Positions 39,447 through 48,756 of a DNA stretch of 64,000 bases are shown piece after piece (the stretch's first letter is position 1; every line of letters begins with the position of its first letter). Under the pieces are notes generated by a model. That model ran no database searches. It saw nothing but the letters and a program-made list of their open reading frames with translations, and had not been told where the DNA came from. The position numbers were made by a program, and so were the translations under genes. This DNA is from a virus. The DNA is taken from positions 51,246-115,245 of the IMG/VR virus record IMGVR_UViG_3300048032_000927; one strand, given 5' to 3'.

Positions 39447-40435
39447 AAATATTAGTTGGAGGAGCAGGCGGCTTTATAGCCGGTTATTTAGTTAAAGATT
39501 TATTGGCACAAGGGCATGAAGTTATCGCCGCCGACATTAAGCCCGCAGATATGTGGTATCAGACGTTTGATGGTGCAGAAAATCATGCGGATTGTAATCT
39601 GCAAGAAAAAGATCATTGTTACAAATTAAGTGTCGGTGCTGATCGCATCTACAATCTTGCCTGCAATATGGGCGGCATGGGGTTTGTTGAAAACAATCAA
39701 GCTCTTTGCATGGAGAACGTTCTTATTCAGACTCACATGATGATGGCTGCGAGAGACAATGGTGTCAAAGAAGTTTTATATAGCTCAACTGCTTGTGTTT
39801 ATCCAGCCGCAATTCAATCTGAAATTAAAGACGAATCATCTCAGGCACTTAAAGAATCTGATGTATTTCCAGCTAATCCAGATGATGGATATGGTTGGGA
39901 AAAATTATTTAGTGAATTGATTACTTATTATTACGGAAAAGATTTTGGTATTGATTCACGCACTTGTCGCTACCATAATGTTTATGGGCCATTTGGAACA
40001 TGGCGTGGTGGTCGTGAAAAAGCTCCTGCTGCAATTTGTCGTAAAGTTATAGAAGCCAAGATGAGTGGTAAGCACGAAATTGAAATCTGGGGTGATGGCG
40101 AACAAACTCGTTCATTTATGTTTATTAATGACTGCTTGACCGGTATGGATTTAATGTGGGAAAAAGGTGACTCTCGCCCACTCAACCTTGGAAGTGATCG
40201 TATGGTTTCTATCAATCAGCTTGTTGATATTGTAGAAAATATCGGCGGCATTAAATTAAAAAGAAACTACAATTTAGATGCACCTCAAGGTGTCCGTGGT
40301 CGCAATAGCGACAACACTATGATCAAAGAGGTTTTAGGTTGGGCTCCTTCTATTACACTAGAAGATGGACTTGAAAAAACATATGAGTGGATTTACAATC
40401 AAATGCAGAATTGCAAAGATTCTGATGGATATTAA
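39443..40435 (+). CDS. GDP-mannose 3,5-epimerase-like SDR
   Basis: GAGGFI, MGGMGF, YGWEKL, GGREKAPAAICRK, GVRGRNSDN. Confidence 0.88.
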   Translation: MKILVGGAGGFIAGYLVKDLLAQGHEVIAADIKPADMWYQTFDGAENHADCNLQEKDHCYKLSVGADRIYNLACNMGGMGFVENNQALCMENVLIQTHMMMAARDNGVKEVLYSSTACVYPAAIQSEIKDESSQALKESDVFPANPDDGYGWEKLFSELITYYYGKDFGIDSRTCRYHNVYGPFGTWRGGREKAPAAICRKVIEAKMSGKHEIEIWGDGEQTRSFMFINDCLTGMDLMWEKGDSRPLNLGSDRMVSINQLVDIVENIGGIKLKRNYNLDAPQGVRGRNSDNTMIKEVLGWAPSITLEDGLEKTYEWIYNQMQNCKDSDGY

Positions 40436-40449
40436 ACCCCGAACTTATC

Positions 40450-40644
40450 ATGATTGAATTTTACAATGTAAAAAAGAAGGAAAAGGTTCAGATTGATGAA
40501 TCTAAAATTACAAAACAGTCAATGGAGCGCACTACAAAAACAGGCAAAATTTCTATTCGCTATGCTTTACGAGCCGTTGATGATGACGGCATGAAGCTCA
40601 CTAAGTTTTGTAGCAAAGCCGATTACGATAAAATACCCGATTAA
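40450..40644 (+). CDS. Small basic beta-rich protein (DUF5679-like, possible nucleic-acid binder)
   Basis: 64 aa, Lys-rich; FYNVKKKEK...DDGMKLTKF. Confidence 0.55.
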   Translation: MIEFYNVKKKEKVQIDESKITKQSMERTTKTGKISIRYALRAVDDDGMKLTKFCSKADYDKIPD

Positions 40645-41078
40645 TGGGTCCGATTCTCAATACTATTATAGGCGCAGGAATCAAACTGGCCTGTAATCTT
40701 ATTAACGCTTGGCTTGAGCAGCGTCGCCATAATCAAATTTTATTGGCAGCTCGGGACAATGAGATGCTGCAGGCTTTAATCTCTAATCAATCCGAGCAGG
40801 CTAGTGACTCTTTTGTTAAGGTTACTCGGCGAGTACTGTTTATGAGTATTACATTTACAATGTGTTACCTCATGGTCTATTATGCACATAACCCCGGGAT
40901 TACTTATGACATTATTGTGCCAAAAGGAGAAAACGCCAGATGGGGTTTTTTTAGTTACCTTTTTGGAGCTAAAGAATGGGATGTCGTTGAAATGACAGGT
41001 GGATTAATGCTATCGTCATTTATGGATCTTTGCTTTATGGTTATTGGCTTTTATGCGATACCAAGTAAAAGAAGGTAA
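40644..41078 (+). CDS. Membrane protein, possible holin
   Basis: N-terminal amphipathic segment, two hydrophobic helices, C-terminal GFY...KRR. Confidence 0.5.
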   Translation: MGPILNTIIGAGIKLACNLINAWLEQRRHNQILLAARDNEMLQALISNQSEQASDSFVKVTRRVLFMSITFTMCYLMVYYAHNPGITYDIIVPKGENARWGFFSYLFGAKEWDVVEMTGGLMLSSFMDLCFMVIGFYAIPSKRR

Positions 41079-41093
41079 ATAATCTGATTTTAG

Positions 41094-41102
41094 GTGTATA
41101 CT
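41094..41102 (+). promoter_or_regulatory. Class II motif (leadered)
   Basis: GTGTATACT, 37 nt before ATG 41131. Confidence 0.5.
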
Positions 41103-41130
41103 TATTCTGTATAATTAACATTTTTTAGCT

Positions 41131-42900
41131 ATGTCATATTCAAATCCTTATTTCAGTGGAAGCTCTCAAGCAGTAAGCTCACCAAACGTCGGTCTTCAAT
41201 ATCTTTGGGATGGCGGTCTTAACAATAACAATGGGGGTTGGCGCCCGATTACTACAGGCGATCTTTTGACAGTTACCCTTGAAGGGGCTCAAGTCAATGT
41301 TAATCTTAAAAAAGACGAAGATACTGTAAATATTTACACGGACAAAGGTCAAGGTATAGATATACTTCAGACTGGTGACGCTGATAACTTTAACACTAAC
41401 GCCAACCTACAAGTTGGTGATACAGATGTTTCTGACAGTAATCCAGTTCCAGTTAAAACCGAGTACCTCAACGACTCTATTGAAACTTTTCAATTTACTC
41501 ACGATAATCTTAACGCTAATGTCAACCTACAAGTTGGTGATACAGATGTTTCTGACAGTAATCCAGTTCCAGTTAAAACCGAGTACCTCAACGACTCTAT
41601 TGAAACTTTTCAATTTACTCACGATAATCTTAACGCTAATGTCAACCTACAAGTTGGTGATACAGATGTTTCTGACAGTAATCCGGTTCCTGTAAAAACA
41701 GATTATCAAAACGATTCAATAGAAGTTTTTCAAACAGGCCATGACAATTTAAACGCAAACGCTAATTTACAGATTGGGGATGCAGATGTCTCAGTGTCAA
41801 ATCCCGTGAACACACAACCTGTTTGTCCTGTCTTATCAAACGACGAAAGCCTATTCGCCACAACAGCTAGTTTCAATGGAAATGGTGATATTGATAACGG
41901 AGTTGAATATTATTCGTTACAAGCAAACACAAGAGGTTCTGCGGGAAATAAAACGATCACTGGTAATGGTTTGACTACAATGTCCGCGTTTGCTTCCCAA
42001 AATAATTTTACCGCCAACTCTGGGAATACAAATCTAGTACCTGACAATGGAACAGCATTTTCTTTTACTGGCGGCGCAGACGCAACGAAAGCTGGCGCCA
42101 CGCTTAACGGAATTTTGTATGAGTATTACCAAGAAGGTGCCATTGGAAATACTAAAGGTGTTCAAATCTCTGATGGTAGCTCCCTCTCTCATTATGTTGG
42201 CACTTATACTATTCAAATATTTATTAATACGGGAACCACTAGCCGGGGAGACCTAGTTAATTATATAACCAACAATGTTACTGAACTTAATGCGCTAACT
42301 ACTACCGGCGGCACCCTTGCTCAAGCAGGATTCACTCAATTTAGCAATGGATCTGATGGCGATTTCGCTATATTTACTGGTAGTATAGCTGTTGAGTCAA
42401 AATATCAGAACATACAAATCACTGCAAACTCATCAGGGTCTTCCGGAAATGTTACGCTTACGGGCGATGATACTAGTACAATTACTGATTTAGTTAACGC
42501 TCATAATGGTGTCGCAGGAAATACGCAATTAACCGTCAACCTCGGAGGGCCTTACGTTTTAAATAATGGTGCATCTATAGCGCTCAATGGAGGCTCTGAT
42601 GCAGTATCGACTGCCCAAGAATTTCATGATTCCACTAATAATTTTTATTACACAAAGCATAGTTACGTTATTAAATTAAAAGGCACCGGCAGTTCTGCGT
42701 CTGCAGACGTTACTTTCTTAGTAAAAAACAATGGGATCAATGATTTTGCATCAATTAAAAATGAAACTGTCACATGGAACCCTTCGACTGATGGAGATCA
42801 ATATTTAACTTATTTTGATGAATTTAATTTTAGTTTTGCAAAAGTTTTCTTTGATTTAGATAACTGCACAGTTGATATAGCTGAAACTCATACTGGTTAA
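41131..42900 (+). CDS. Putative virion structural protein with 40-aa repeats
   Basis: N/T/G/S-rich; repeat NLQVGDTDVSDSNPVPVK; modules ending in GG.D. Confidence 0.65.
   Translation: MSYSNPYFSGSSQAVSSPNVGLQYLWDGGLNNNNGGWRPITTGDLLTVTLEGAQVNVNLKKDEDTVNIYTDKGQGIDILQTGDADNFNTNANLQVGDTDVSDSNPVPVKTEYLNDSIETFQFTHDNLNANVNLQVGDTDVSDSNPVPVKTEYLNDSIETFQFTHDNLNANVNLQVGDTDVSDSNPVPVKTDYQNDSIEVFQTGHDNLNANANLQIGDADVSVSNPVNTQPVCPVLSNDESLFATTASFNGNGDIDNGVEYYSLQANTRGSAGNKTITGNGLTTMSAFASQNNFTANSGNTNLVPDNGTAFSFTGGADATKAGATLNGILYEYYQEGAIGNTKGVQISDGSSLSHYVGTYTIQIFINTGTTSRGDLVNYITNNVTELNALTTTGGTLAQAGFTQFSNGSDGDFAIFTGSIAVESKYQNIQITANSSGSSGNVTLTGDDTSTITDLVNAHNGVAGNTQLTVNLGGPYVLNNGASIALNGGSDAVSTAQEFHDSTNNFYYTKHSYVIKLKGTGSSASADVTFLVKNNGINDFASIKNETVTWNPSTDGDQYLTYFDEFNFSFAKVFFDLDNCTVDIAETHTG
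41403..41684 (+). repeat. Perfect 120-bp tandem repeat (about 2.35 copies, degenerate flanks)
   Basis: 41403-41522 identical to 41523-41642; match continues to 41684. Confidence 0.95.
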
Positions 42901-42909
42901 AATAAATTC

Positions 42910-42938
42910 TTGACTTTTTTACTTATTTATTCTATCAT
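42910..42938 (+). promoter_or_regulatory. Class I sigma70 promoter, leaderless
   Basis: TTGACT-N17-TATCAT; GTG 42945 is 7 nt after the hexamer. Confidence 0.7.
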
Positions 42939-42944
42939 TGCGGA

Positions 42945-43277
42945 GTGACTCACTCTGAGAAGAAAAAAATAATTGAAAAATTAGTTGTCGTACCAGACAA
43001 ACAAAAGCGCAATTTTTGGGGTAGAGAAATAAAATCCCTCAACATCTTGCTTGAAAAGTATTCTGAAGAAAATTTCTGGAAAGGCTTGACTTTCTCTGAA
43101 AAATTTGATAGTATTATTGTTCTTCGCTCTGGTTATTTTGCCAATGAGCTTAAAAAAAAGTACAAAAGATACAAATATAATATACCTCAACAAAAAAAAC
43201 TTGAATTAGGAGGAAAAGTAGGAGATGATTATAAAAAACAAGTTAAACCCAAAAACCTTAGAGAATTTTTATCATGA
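42945..43277 (+). CDS. Basic hypothetical protein upstream of recA
   Basis: 110 aa, Lys-rich, ATGA-coupled to recA. Confidence 0.65.
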   Translation: MTHSEKKKIIEKLVVVPDKQKRNFWGREIKSLNILLEKYSEENFWKGLTFSEKFDSIIVLRSGYFANELKKKYKRYKYNIPQQKKLELGGKVGDDYKKQVKPKNLREFLS

Positions 43278-44395
43278 GTAAAACAGCAGATATTGAATCA
43301 AAAGATTCCCTCAAAAGCTTTCTTAAGCAAAACGAAGACCATCATTACAACTTTGAAGACGAAATTGATTATAAAGTTTCTTGTGGAAGCTTAAAGGTTG
43401 ATTTTGAACTGAATGGTGGACTAGGCCCCGGACTTCATAGATTTACAGGCATGAATGAGGGTGGCAAAAGCTCTGAAGCTCTAGAGGTCATGAAGAATTT
43501 TCTAAAAATGGATAATGCCAAAGGGGTTTATATTAAAGCAGAAGGTCGTTTATCAAAAGAGATGCGCGAAAGATGTGGTATCGATTTTACATATGAAGAA
43601 GACGCATGGGACGCAGGAAAATGCTTTATCTTTGATTGCAACATTTATGAGACCGTACTTGACTTGATGAGAGTTCTTGTGGCTAAAAACCCCGAAGGAA
43701 CAAAATATTGCTTTATCTTAGATTCTTTAGATGGTTTGATTATGAAAGATGATCTAATTAAAGGATTTGAAGATTCTCATAAAGTGGCTGGCGGAGCACT
43801 TCTTGGCGCTAAGTTTATGCAAAAAATGAGCATTGCTTTAGCTAAGCGAGGGCATATGGCTATTTTCATATCTCAAGTTCGGGCCGATATCAAGCTTGAC
43901 CCTTACAGCAAGGCCCCGATCAGACAAACAACAGCAACAGGAGGGAATGCTCTTCTTCATTTTGCTAATTACATTCTAGAGTTTGAGCCTAGATTCAAAA
44001 AAGACTTAATCCTAGAGAATCCCACCCAACCAATTGATCAGCAAAAGAATAAAATACTTGGCCATATAGCCAAAATCACTGTCAAAAAATCCCCAAATGA
44101 AAAGACAAATTATACATTAGAGTATCCAATTAAATACGGAAGAACCAAGGGGACTTCTATTTGGGTTGAAAAAGAAGTAATTGACATGCTGTATCTTTGG
44201 GGTTATGTCAACAAGAAAGGTGCATGGATATCTGCAGAGCAAGACTTCTTGGATCTCGTAAAAGATAATAAGTTAGATTTTCCTGAGAAAGTTCAAGGTG
44301 AGCCTAAACTAAATTCATTACTTGAAAGCAATCCAGACTTAACTACGTTTTTAATTAATCACTTCAAGGAGCTTATCTACAAAGAACATAATTAA
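43274..44395 (+). CDS. recA: RecA/UvsX-like recombinase
   Basis: GMNEGGKS Walker A, ILDSL, FISQVR, TGGNALLHFA. Confidence 0.88.
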   Translation: MSKTADIESKDSLKSFLKQNEDHHYNFEDEIDYKVSCGSLKVDFELNGGLGPGLHRFTGMNEGGKSSEALEVMKNFLKMDNAKGVYIKAEGRLSKEMRERCGIDFTYEEDAWDAGKCFIFDCNIYETVLDLMRVLVAKNPEGTKYCFILDSLDGLIMKDDLIKGFEDSHKVAGGALLGAKFMQKMSIALAKRGHMAIFISQVRADIKLDPYSKAPIRQTTATGGNALLHFANYILEFEPRFKKDLILENPTQPIDQQKNKILGHIAKITVKKSPNEKTNYTLEYPIKYGRTKGTSIWVEKEVIDMLYLWGYVNKKGAWISAEQDFLDLVKDNKLDFPEKVQGEPKLNSLLESNPDLTTFLINHFKELIYKEHN

Positions 44396-44805
44396 TGGTA
44401 TTTAAAACACTAACCGGATCTTCAAAAAGAGTAAAAAAACCCAAGAATTATCTAATAAAATGGGACGGTCAAAGCCTGAGTAAATTACAATTTTCCACAA
44501 AACAGTTTCTAAAAAACCATTGGGATGTAGATATTGTGTTCGAAGAATTTCCAATCCCGGGAACAAGAATGCGCTTTGATTTCTATAATTCTAATAAAAA
44601 TATCGCTGTCGAAGTTCAAGGAGGCCAGCATCTAAAGTACACCCCGTTCTTTCACGGCAAATCAAAGTCTACATTTCTTAGCCAAATACGAAGAGACAAT
44701 GATAAACAAAAATTTTGCGAATTGAATGATATAAAATTAGTCGAAATTTATCCTAATGATGAATTGTCAGTTGATTTATTTAAATCTTTTGGCGTTATAC
44801 TCTAA
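44395..44805 (+). CDS. DUF559/Vsr-like PD-(D/E)XK endonuclease
   Basis: EEF...RFDF...AVEVQGGQH...RDNDK. Confidence 0.75.
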   Translation: MVFKTLTGSSKRVKKPKNYLIKWDGQSLSKLQFSTKQFLKNHWDVDIVFEEFPIPGTRMRFDFYNSNKNIAVEVQGGQHLKYTPFFHGKSKSTFLSQIRRDNDKQKFCELNDIKLVEIYPNDELSVDLFKSFGVIL

Positions 44806-44810
44806 CATAT

Positions 44811-44819
44811 GTGTAATAT
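44811..44819 (+). promoter_or_regulatory. Class II motif
   Basis: GTGTAATAT, 15 nt before GTG 44826. Confidence 0.6.
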
Positions 44820-44825
44820 AAAATA

Positions 44826-45107
44826 GTGAGCAATAATATTGATCCAGAAAATCTAAATGTTTTTTCCATTCCGGAATCTATGCTTGAAAAACTCTTTGAG
44901 TTTACGGGTGACGCAGATCACAGCAAAGGATTCATCTTAGCTTATGTAGACCAAGAAGGAAAGCCTATGGTTTATACTCGCAGCCAAAATCAAATTATTG
45001 AGATGGGGTTGCGTAAAGCTTTGGAGAAATATTTGATTACATTAGAAGAGGCCGAAAGTATGTATGGGGCAGAAAATGATGACCCCGACAATAAAGGCCT
45101 TGACTGA
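44826..45107 (+). CDS. Small acidic hypothetical protein
   Basis: 93-aa ORF with own promoter motif. Confidence 0.6.
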   Translation: MSNNIDPENLNVFSIPESMLEKLFEFTGDADHSKGFILAYVDQEGKPMVYTRSQNQIIEMGLRKALEKYLITLEEAESMYGAENDDPDNKGLD

Positions 45108-45128
45108 TTCGTTTTTTTCTGATAACAT
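45100..45128 (+). promoter_or_regulatory. Class I sigma70 promoter, leaderless dnaB
   Basis: TTGACT-N17-TAACAT with TGn; ATG 45135 is 7 nt after the hexamer. Confidence 0.7.
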
Positions 45129-45134
45129 AGTTCA

Positions 45135-46631
45135 ATGATATATTCTCCTGAAGTAGAGAAACAGCTTCTTGCTGGTTTATTAAATTACCCAGATAAATAT
45201 GTAGAGATAGCAATGTTTGTTGGTTCTAAAGATTTCTTCTTTGATCCTCATCAAATTATCTATAGTTTTATCAAGTCTGATTACGAAGCGGGAAACCATA
45301 TAGATGACATTATACTTTCTGAACGAATTAAGCTTTCAGGCATTTCTTTTGAAGACAATATTAATGTAGCTGATTATTTAAGAGCTTTAAAGCTTAAAAA
45401 GTCATCGAAAGAATCTGTAATTGAGTGCGCTAAAGAGCTTTGTAAACTTTCGGCGCGTAGATCTTTATCTAAAACAGGTCAAGAGATGCAGAAGGCAATG
45501 AAAAACATTGACCCTTCAAAAAGTTTAAATGAAATCATTGAGTCATGCGATAAAATTTATTCATCAAACATTGATCTGTATGAAAATGGAGAAAACTTTC
45601 CTCAAAATATCTATTCGGATATGGAAGAGATTATTGAGCTTCGAGGCAACAACCCTCAAGATAACTTTGGTCCTGTCGGACCTCATCCAAGATTGCATGA
45701 GCTCTATGGTTCTCTTTTGCGCCCAGGAAACATAACGACTATAGTGGCAAGAACTGGTGTTGGTAAAACTCAATTCGTTATGGATTTTTGCAATAAAGTT
45801 TCGGCGTCTGAAGGGATACCTGTTCTTCATCTAGATAATGGAGAAATGAGTAAGGAAGAATTAATTATGAGACAATGCTCATCTCTCTCAGGCGTACCTC
45901 TTTCTCTTCTTGAGACGGGTCGATGGAGAAATGCAGGACAAGAAGTTGTCGATAAAGTTAGAAGAGTGTGGAATATAGTAAAAAATTATCAGTTTTATTA
46001 TCAAAATGTTGGCGGCATGGATTCAGATGCAATTATGCAGCTAGTCAAGCATTTCTATTTTGGTCAAGTTCAGAGAGGCAATGAAATGATTCTATGTTAT
46101 GATTATATCAAAACTAGTTCAGAGAAAATGGGTAATAAAGCCGAGTATCAAGTAGTTGGCGAAACTGTTGATAAATTCAAAAGGCTAATTCAAAGAGAGA
46201 TAGTATTTAACGACAAACCTATGATCTCTATGATGACCAGCGTTCAGAGTAATCGGGCTGGAATAACAAATAATAGAACCTCAGACAATATTGTCGAAGA
46301 TGAGAGTATCGTATCGCTATCAGATAGAATTACTCAATTCAGCTCGCACTTGCTCTCATTAAGGCAAAAGACTACAGATGAATTAGCGGAAGAAGATAAT
46401 ATGTTTGGAACGCATAGATTAACTTGTTTTAAATATAGACACTTAGGCGACAATGTTCACAGGGCTATACAACCAGTAAGAATGCCCAATGGAGACTTAA
46501 AAAGAAACTTCATTAATTTAAGCTTTGAAAATTTTAATATTACTGAACTTGGAGACCTACAAGATATGGTAGATTCTCAAGTTGATGTTGGGCTTGTTAA
46601 TGGTCAAGGAGCATCAGATATTGATATATGA
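45135..46631 (+). CDS. dnaB: DnaB-like replicative helicase
   Basis: N-terminal E.QLLAGLL domain, ARTGVGKT, GEMS, YDYI, SVQSNR. Confidence 0.9.
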   Translation: MIYSPEVEKQLLAGLLNYPDKYVEIAMFVGSKDFFFDPHQIIYSFIKSDYEAGNHIDDIILSERIKLSGISFEDNINVADYLRALKLKKSSKESVIECAKELCKLSARRSLSKTGQEMQKAMKNIDPSKSLNEIIESCDKIYSSNIDLYENGENFPQNIYSDMEEIIELRGNNPQDNFGPVGPHPRLHELYGSLLRPGNITTIVARTGVGKTQFVMDFCNKVSASEGIPVLHLDNGEMSKEELIMRQCSSLSGVPLSLLETGRWRNAGQEVVDKVRRVWNIVKNYQFYYQNVGGMDSDAIMQLVKHFYFGQVQRGNEMILCYDYIKTSSEKMGNKAEYQVVGETVDKFKRLIQREIVFNDKPMISMMTSVQSNRAGITNNRTSDNIVEDESIVSLSDRITQFSSHLLSLRQKTTDELAEEDNMFGTHRLTCFKYRHLGDNVHRAIQPVRMPNGDLKRNFINLSFENFNITELGDLQDMVDSQVDVGLVNGQGASDIDI

Positions 46632-47677
46632 CATCAGATAAGATAAAAGATATACTCACAAATCTTGGCTACAAACTTACTGATTGTGGAAATCACTGGA
46701 GAACTAGCGCCTTATACCGAGGCGGAAGTAATCCTACCGCAGTGCAAGTTTACAAAGATTCTGGTGTTTGGCTAGATTATGTTAAAAACTCTCAAGCGTT
46801 ACCTCTTGAATCTCTTATTCAAGCGACACTTCAGACTAATGACAAAGAGCAAATTAAAAAAATCACAGGAGGCTACGATTTTTCTATTACCAGAACAGAA
46901 GTTGTCGAACGCCCAAAACTTACCATGGAAAAAACATACCCAGAATCAATGCTTGACAAACTGCTTCCTCACTATAAATTCTACAACAACAGAGGGATTT
47001 CTAGCGAAACCCTCATGTTTTTTAGGGGTGGGCTAGCTACGGAAGGAGCCATGTATCAGCGCTTTGTTTTTCCAATATATAACGAAGATGGCCAAATTTA
47101 TGGATTTAGCGGGAGAGACATGACTACATCTAATCCTAATCGCCCTAAATGGAAACATATAGGTAAAAAATCGAATTGGATTTATCCTTACTATGTGCCA
47201 AATGACTCATACAATATTACCCAACAAGCTATTTCCGATCAAGATTTAGTTATATTAGTTGAAAGTATAGGCGATTTACTGCAATTACATGAACAAGGAA
47301 TTAAAAACGTGCTAGTGACTTTTGGCACGTCTTTATCTTCTAAATTGTTATGCTTTTTAGTTTCTGCGGGTTGCTCTAAAATTGCACTATCATTAAACAA
47401 CGACTCCAACCAAGAACACAACCGAGGAAGAATAGGCTCATTTAAGTCTTACTTAAAATTATTGAATTATTTCCCTCAAGATAGTATAATAATACATCCG
47501 CCTACTGAAAAAGATTTTGGCGAAATGAAACAAGAGCAATTTCCAGAATGGCTGCAATATCTAGAAACCGAAGCATACAAAGATGATCAACTTAATTACC
47601 AGAAAGAAGTTCTTGAATTAATCGACCAAAAAGAGATACCATCTTCTTTGTACAAAAAAAAGTATTTTGATGCCTAA
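46628..47677 (+). CDS. dnaG: DnaG-like primase
   Basis: RFVFPI...GFSGR, PKW, Toprim LVESIGD, LNND, KDFGE. Confidence 0.85.
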   Translation: MTSDKIKDILTNLGYKLTDCGNHWRTSALYRGGSNPTAVQVYKDSGVWLDYVKNSQALPLESLIQATLQTNDKEQIKKITGGYDFSITRTEVVERPKLTMEKTYPESMLDKLLPHYKFYNNRGISSETLMFFRGGLATEGAMYQRFVFPIYNEDGQIYGFSGRDMTTSNPNRPKWKHIGKKSNWIYPYYVPNDSYNITQQAISDQDLVILVESIGDLLQLHEQGIKNVLVTFGTSLSSKLLCFLVSAGCSKIALSLNNDSNQEHNRGRIGSFKSYLKLLNYFPQDSIIIHPPTEKDFGEMKQEQFPEWLQYLETEAYKDDQLNYQKEVLELIDQKEIPSSLYKKKYFDA

Positions 47678-48734
47678 ATTAACTCCATTATCCGCCAGTA
47701 GAATAAAAAAAGCTCAAAGCTGCTCATGGAGCTACTGGGCTAGTTATATACTAAAAGTCCCAGATAAAAGTAACGACGGCGCAAGTCGTGGATGGATCTG
47801 TCACTTAATCTTTGAATTATTAGGCAACCCTCGCCACCGACCAATATACGACGAGTTAATATTAAAAGATGATATTTTTGCTTGTGAACCGATACGAAGA
47901 TTGGTCGGATATCACGCTAGAAAATTGAATGTAAACGATAAAGAAAACCTGCAGTTAATCAACGACATGACCTTAGCGGGTTTGCATTTTGATTTCTTTG
48001 GAGGAGCAAGAGGTGAGCCTGACGAAGCTATATCTGAGCAAGAGTTCAACATCACAGTGGACGAGGCAGATAAACTTTATAGATTAAGAGGCTTCATAGA
48101 TAAACTATTCTTCTATAAAGATCAAGAGCTAGCTGTAATTAGAGACTTTAAAAGTAGCAAGGCAGTATTTAAGGGTAAAGAATTATCAGACAATCTACAA
48201 GATTTATTATATACTTTAGCGGTTAAAAAACTATTCCCTCATTACAAAAAAAGACAAGTAGAATTTTTATTTTTGAAATTTGACCTGCATGCTTCTGGTA
48301 ATGTTAGAATGGAAGAAATTACAGATGAAGAGTTAGAGGGCTTAGAATACTATCTAACAGAGATACAAGAATTTATTGATAACTTCGATGAAGAAGATGC
48401 GCGCAGTAATTTCGCAGGGGCGCAAGGTTACCCTTCCGACGGAACATTTGGAGGTCCCTTAATGTGCGGTAAAGATGGATATAAAATATCTAAAGGTAGC
48501 CCGCTATTAGATAAAGAAGGGAACCCTATTGTCGCATATATATGCCCATACAGAAAGCCGATGACCTATTTTGTGATTAAAAATAAAGACGGCAAAATTA
48601 TTAAATCTGTTTTTGAAAATCAAAAAGATACACTCAAGGCGAATGATTCAGACGGTGAATTTATAGAAGAAATGCGTTACGAAGGTTGCCCGTATTGGAA
48701 CCGCCCATCTGTAGAAATCGACGATTTTCTTTAA
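47670..48734 (+). CDS. PD-(D/E)XK exonuclease, Cas4/AddB-like
   Basis: LSASR...C, GFIDKL, IRDFKS, Q...Y, three C-terminal Cys. Confidence 0.8.
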   Translation: MPKLTPLSASRIKKAQSCSWSYWASYILKVPDKSNDGASRGWICHLIFELLGNPRHRPIYDELILKDDIFACEPIRRLVGYHARKLNVNDKENLQLINDMTLAGLHFDFFGGARGEPDEAISEQEFNITVDEADKLYRLRGFIDKLFFYKDQELAVIRDFKSSKAVFKGKELSDNLQDLLYTLAVKKLFPHYKKRQVEFLFLKFDLHASGNVRMEEITDEELEGLEYYLTEIQEFIDNFDEEDARSNFAGAQGYPSDGTFGGPLMCGKDGYKISKGSPLLDKEGNPIVAYICPYRKPMTYFVIKNKDGKIIKSVFENQKDTLKANDSDGEFIEEMRYEGCPYWNRPSVEIDDFL

Positions 48735-48740
48735 AATTTT

Positions 48741-48749
48741 GTGTACTCT
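48741..48749 (+). promoter_or_regulatory. Class II motif
   Basis: GTGTACTCT, 16 nt before ATG 48757. Confidence 0.55.
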
Positions 48750-48756
48750 GTTATGA

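Noticed and set aside
666-40435. Cellular O-antigen or capsule locus
   Set aside because: No recognisable flippase, polymerase, exporter or initiating transferase; interleaved with phage-type replication and fibre genes
47670-48734. Cas4-like gene as evidence of a CRISPR-Cas system
   Set aside because: Solo nuclease in a replication module; no other cas genes
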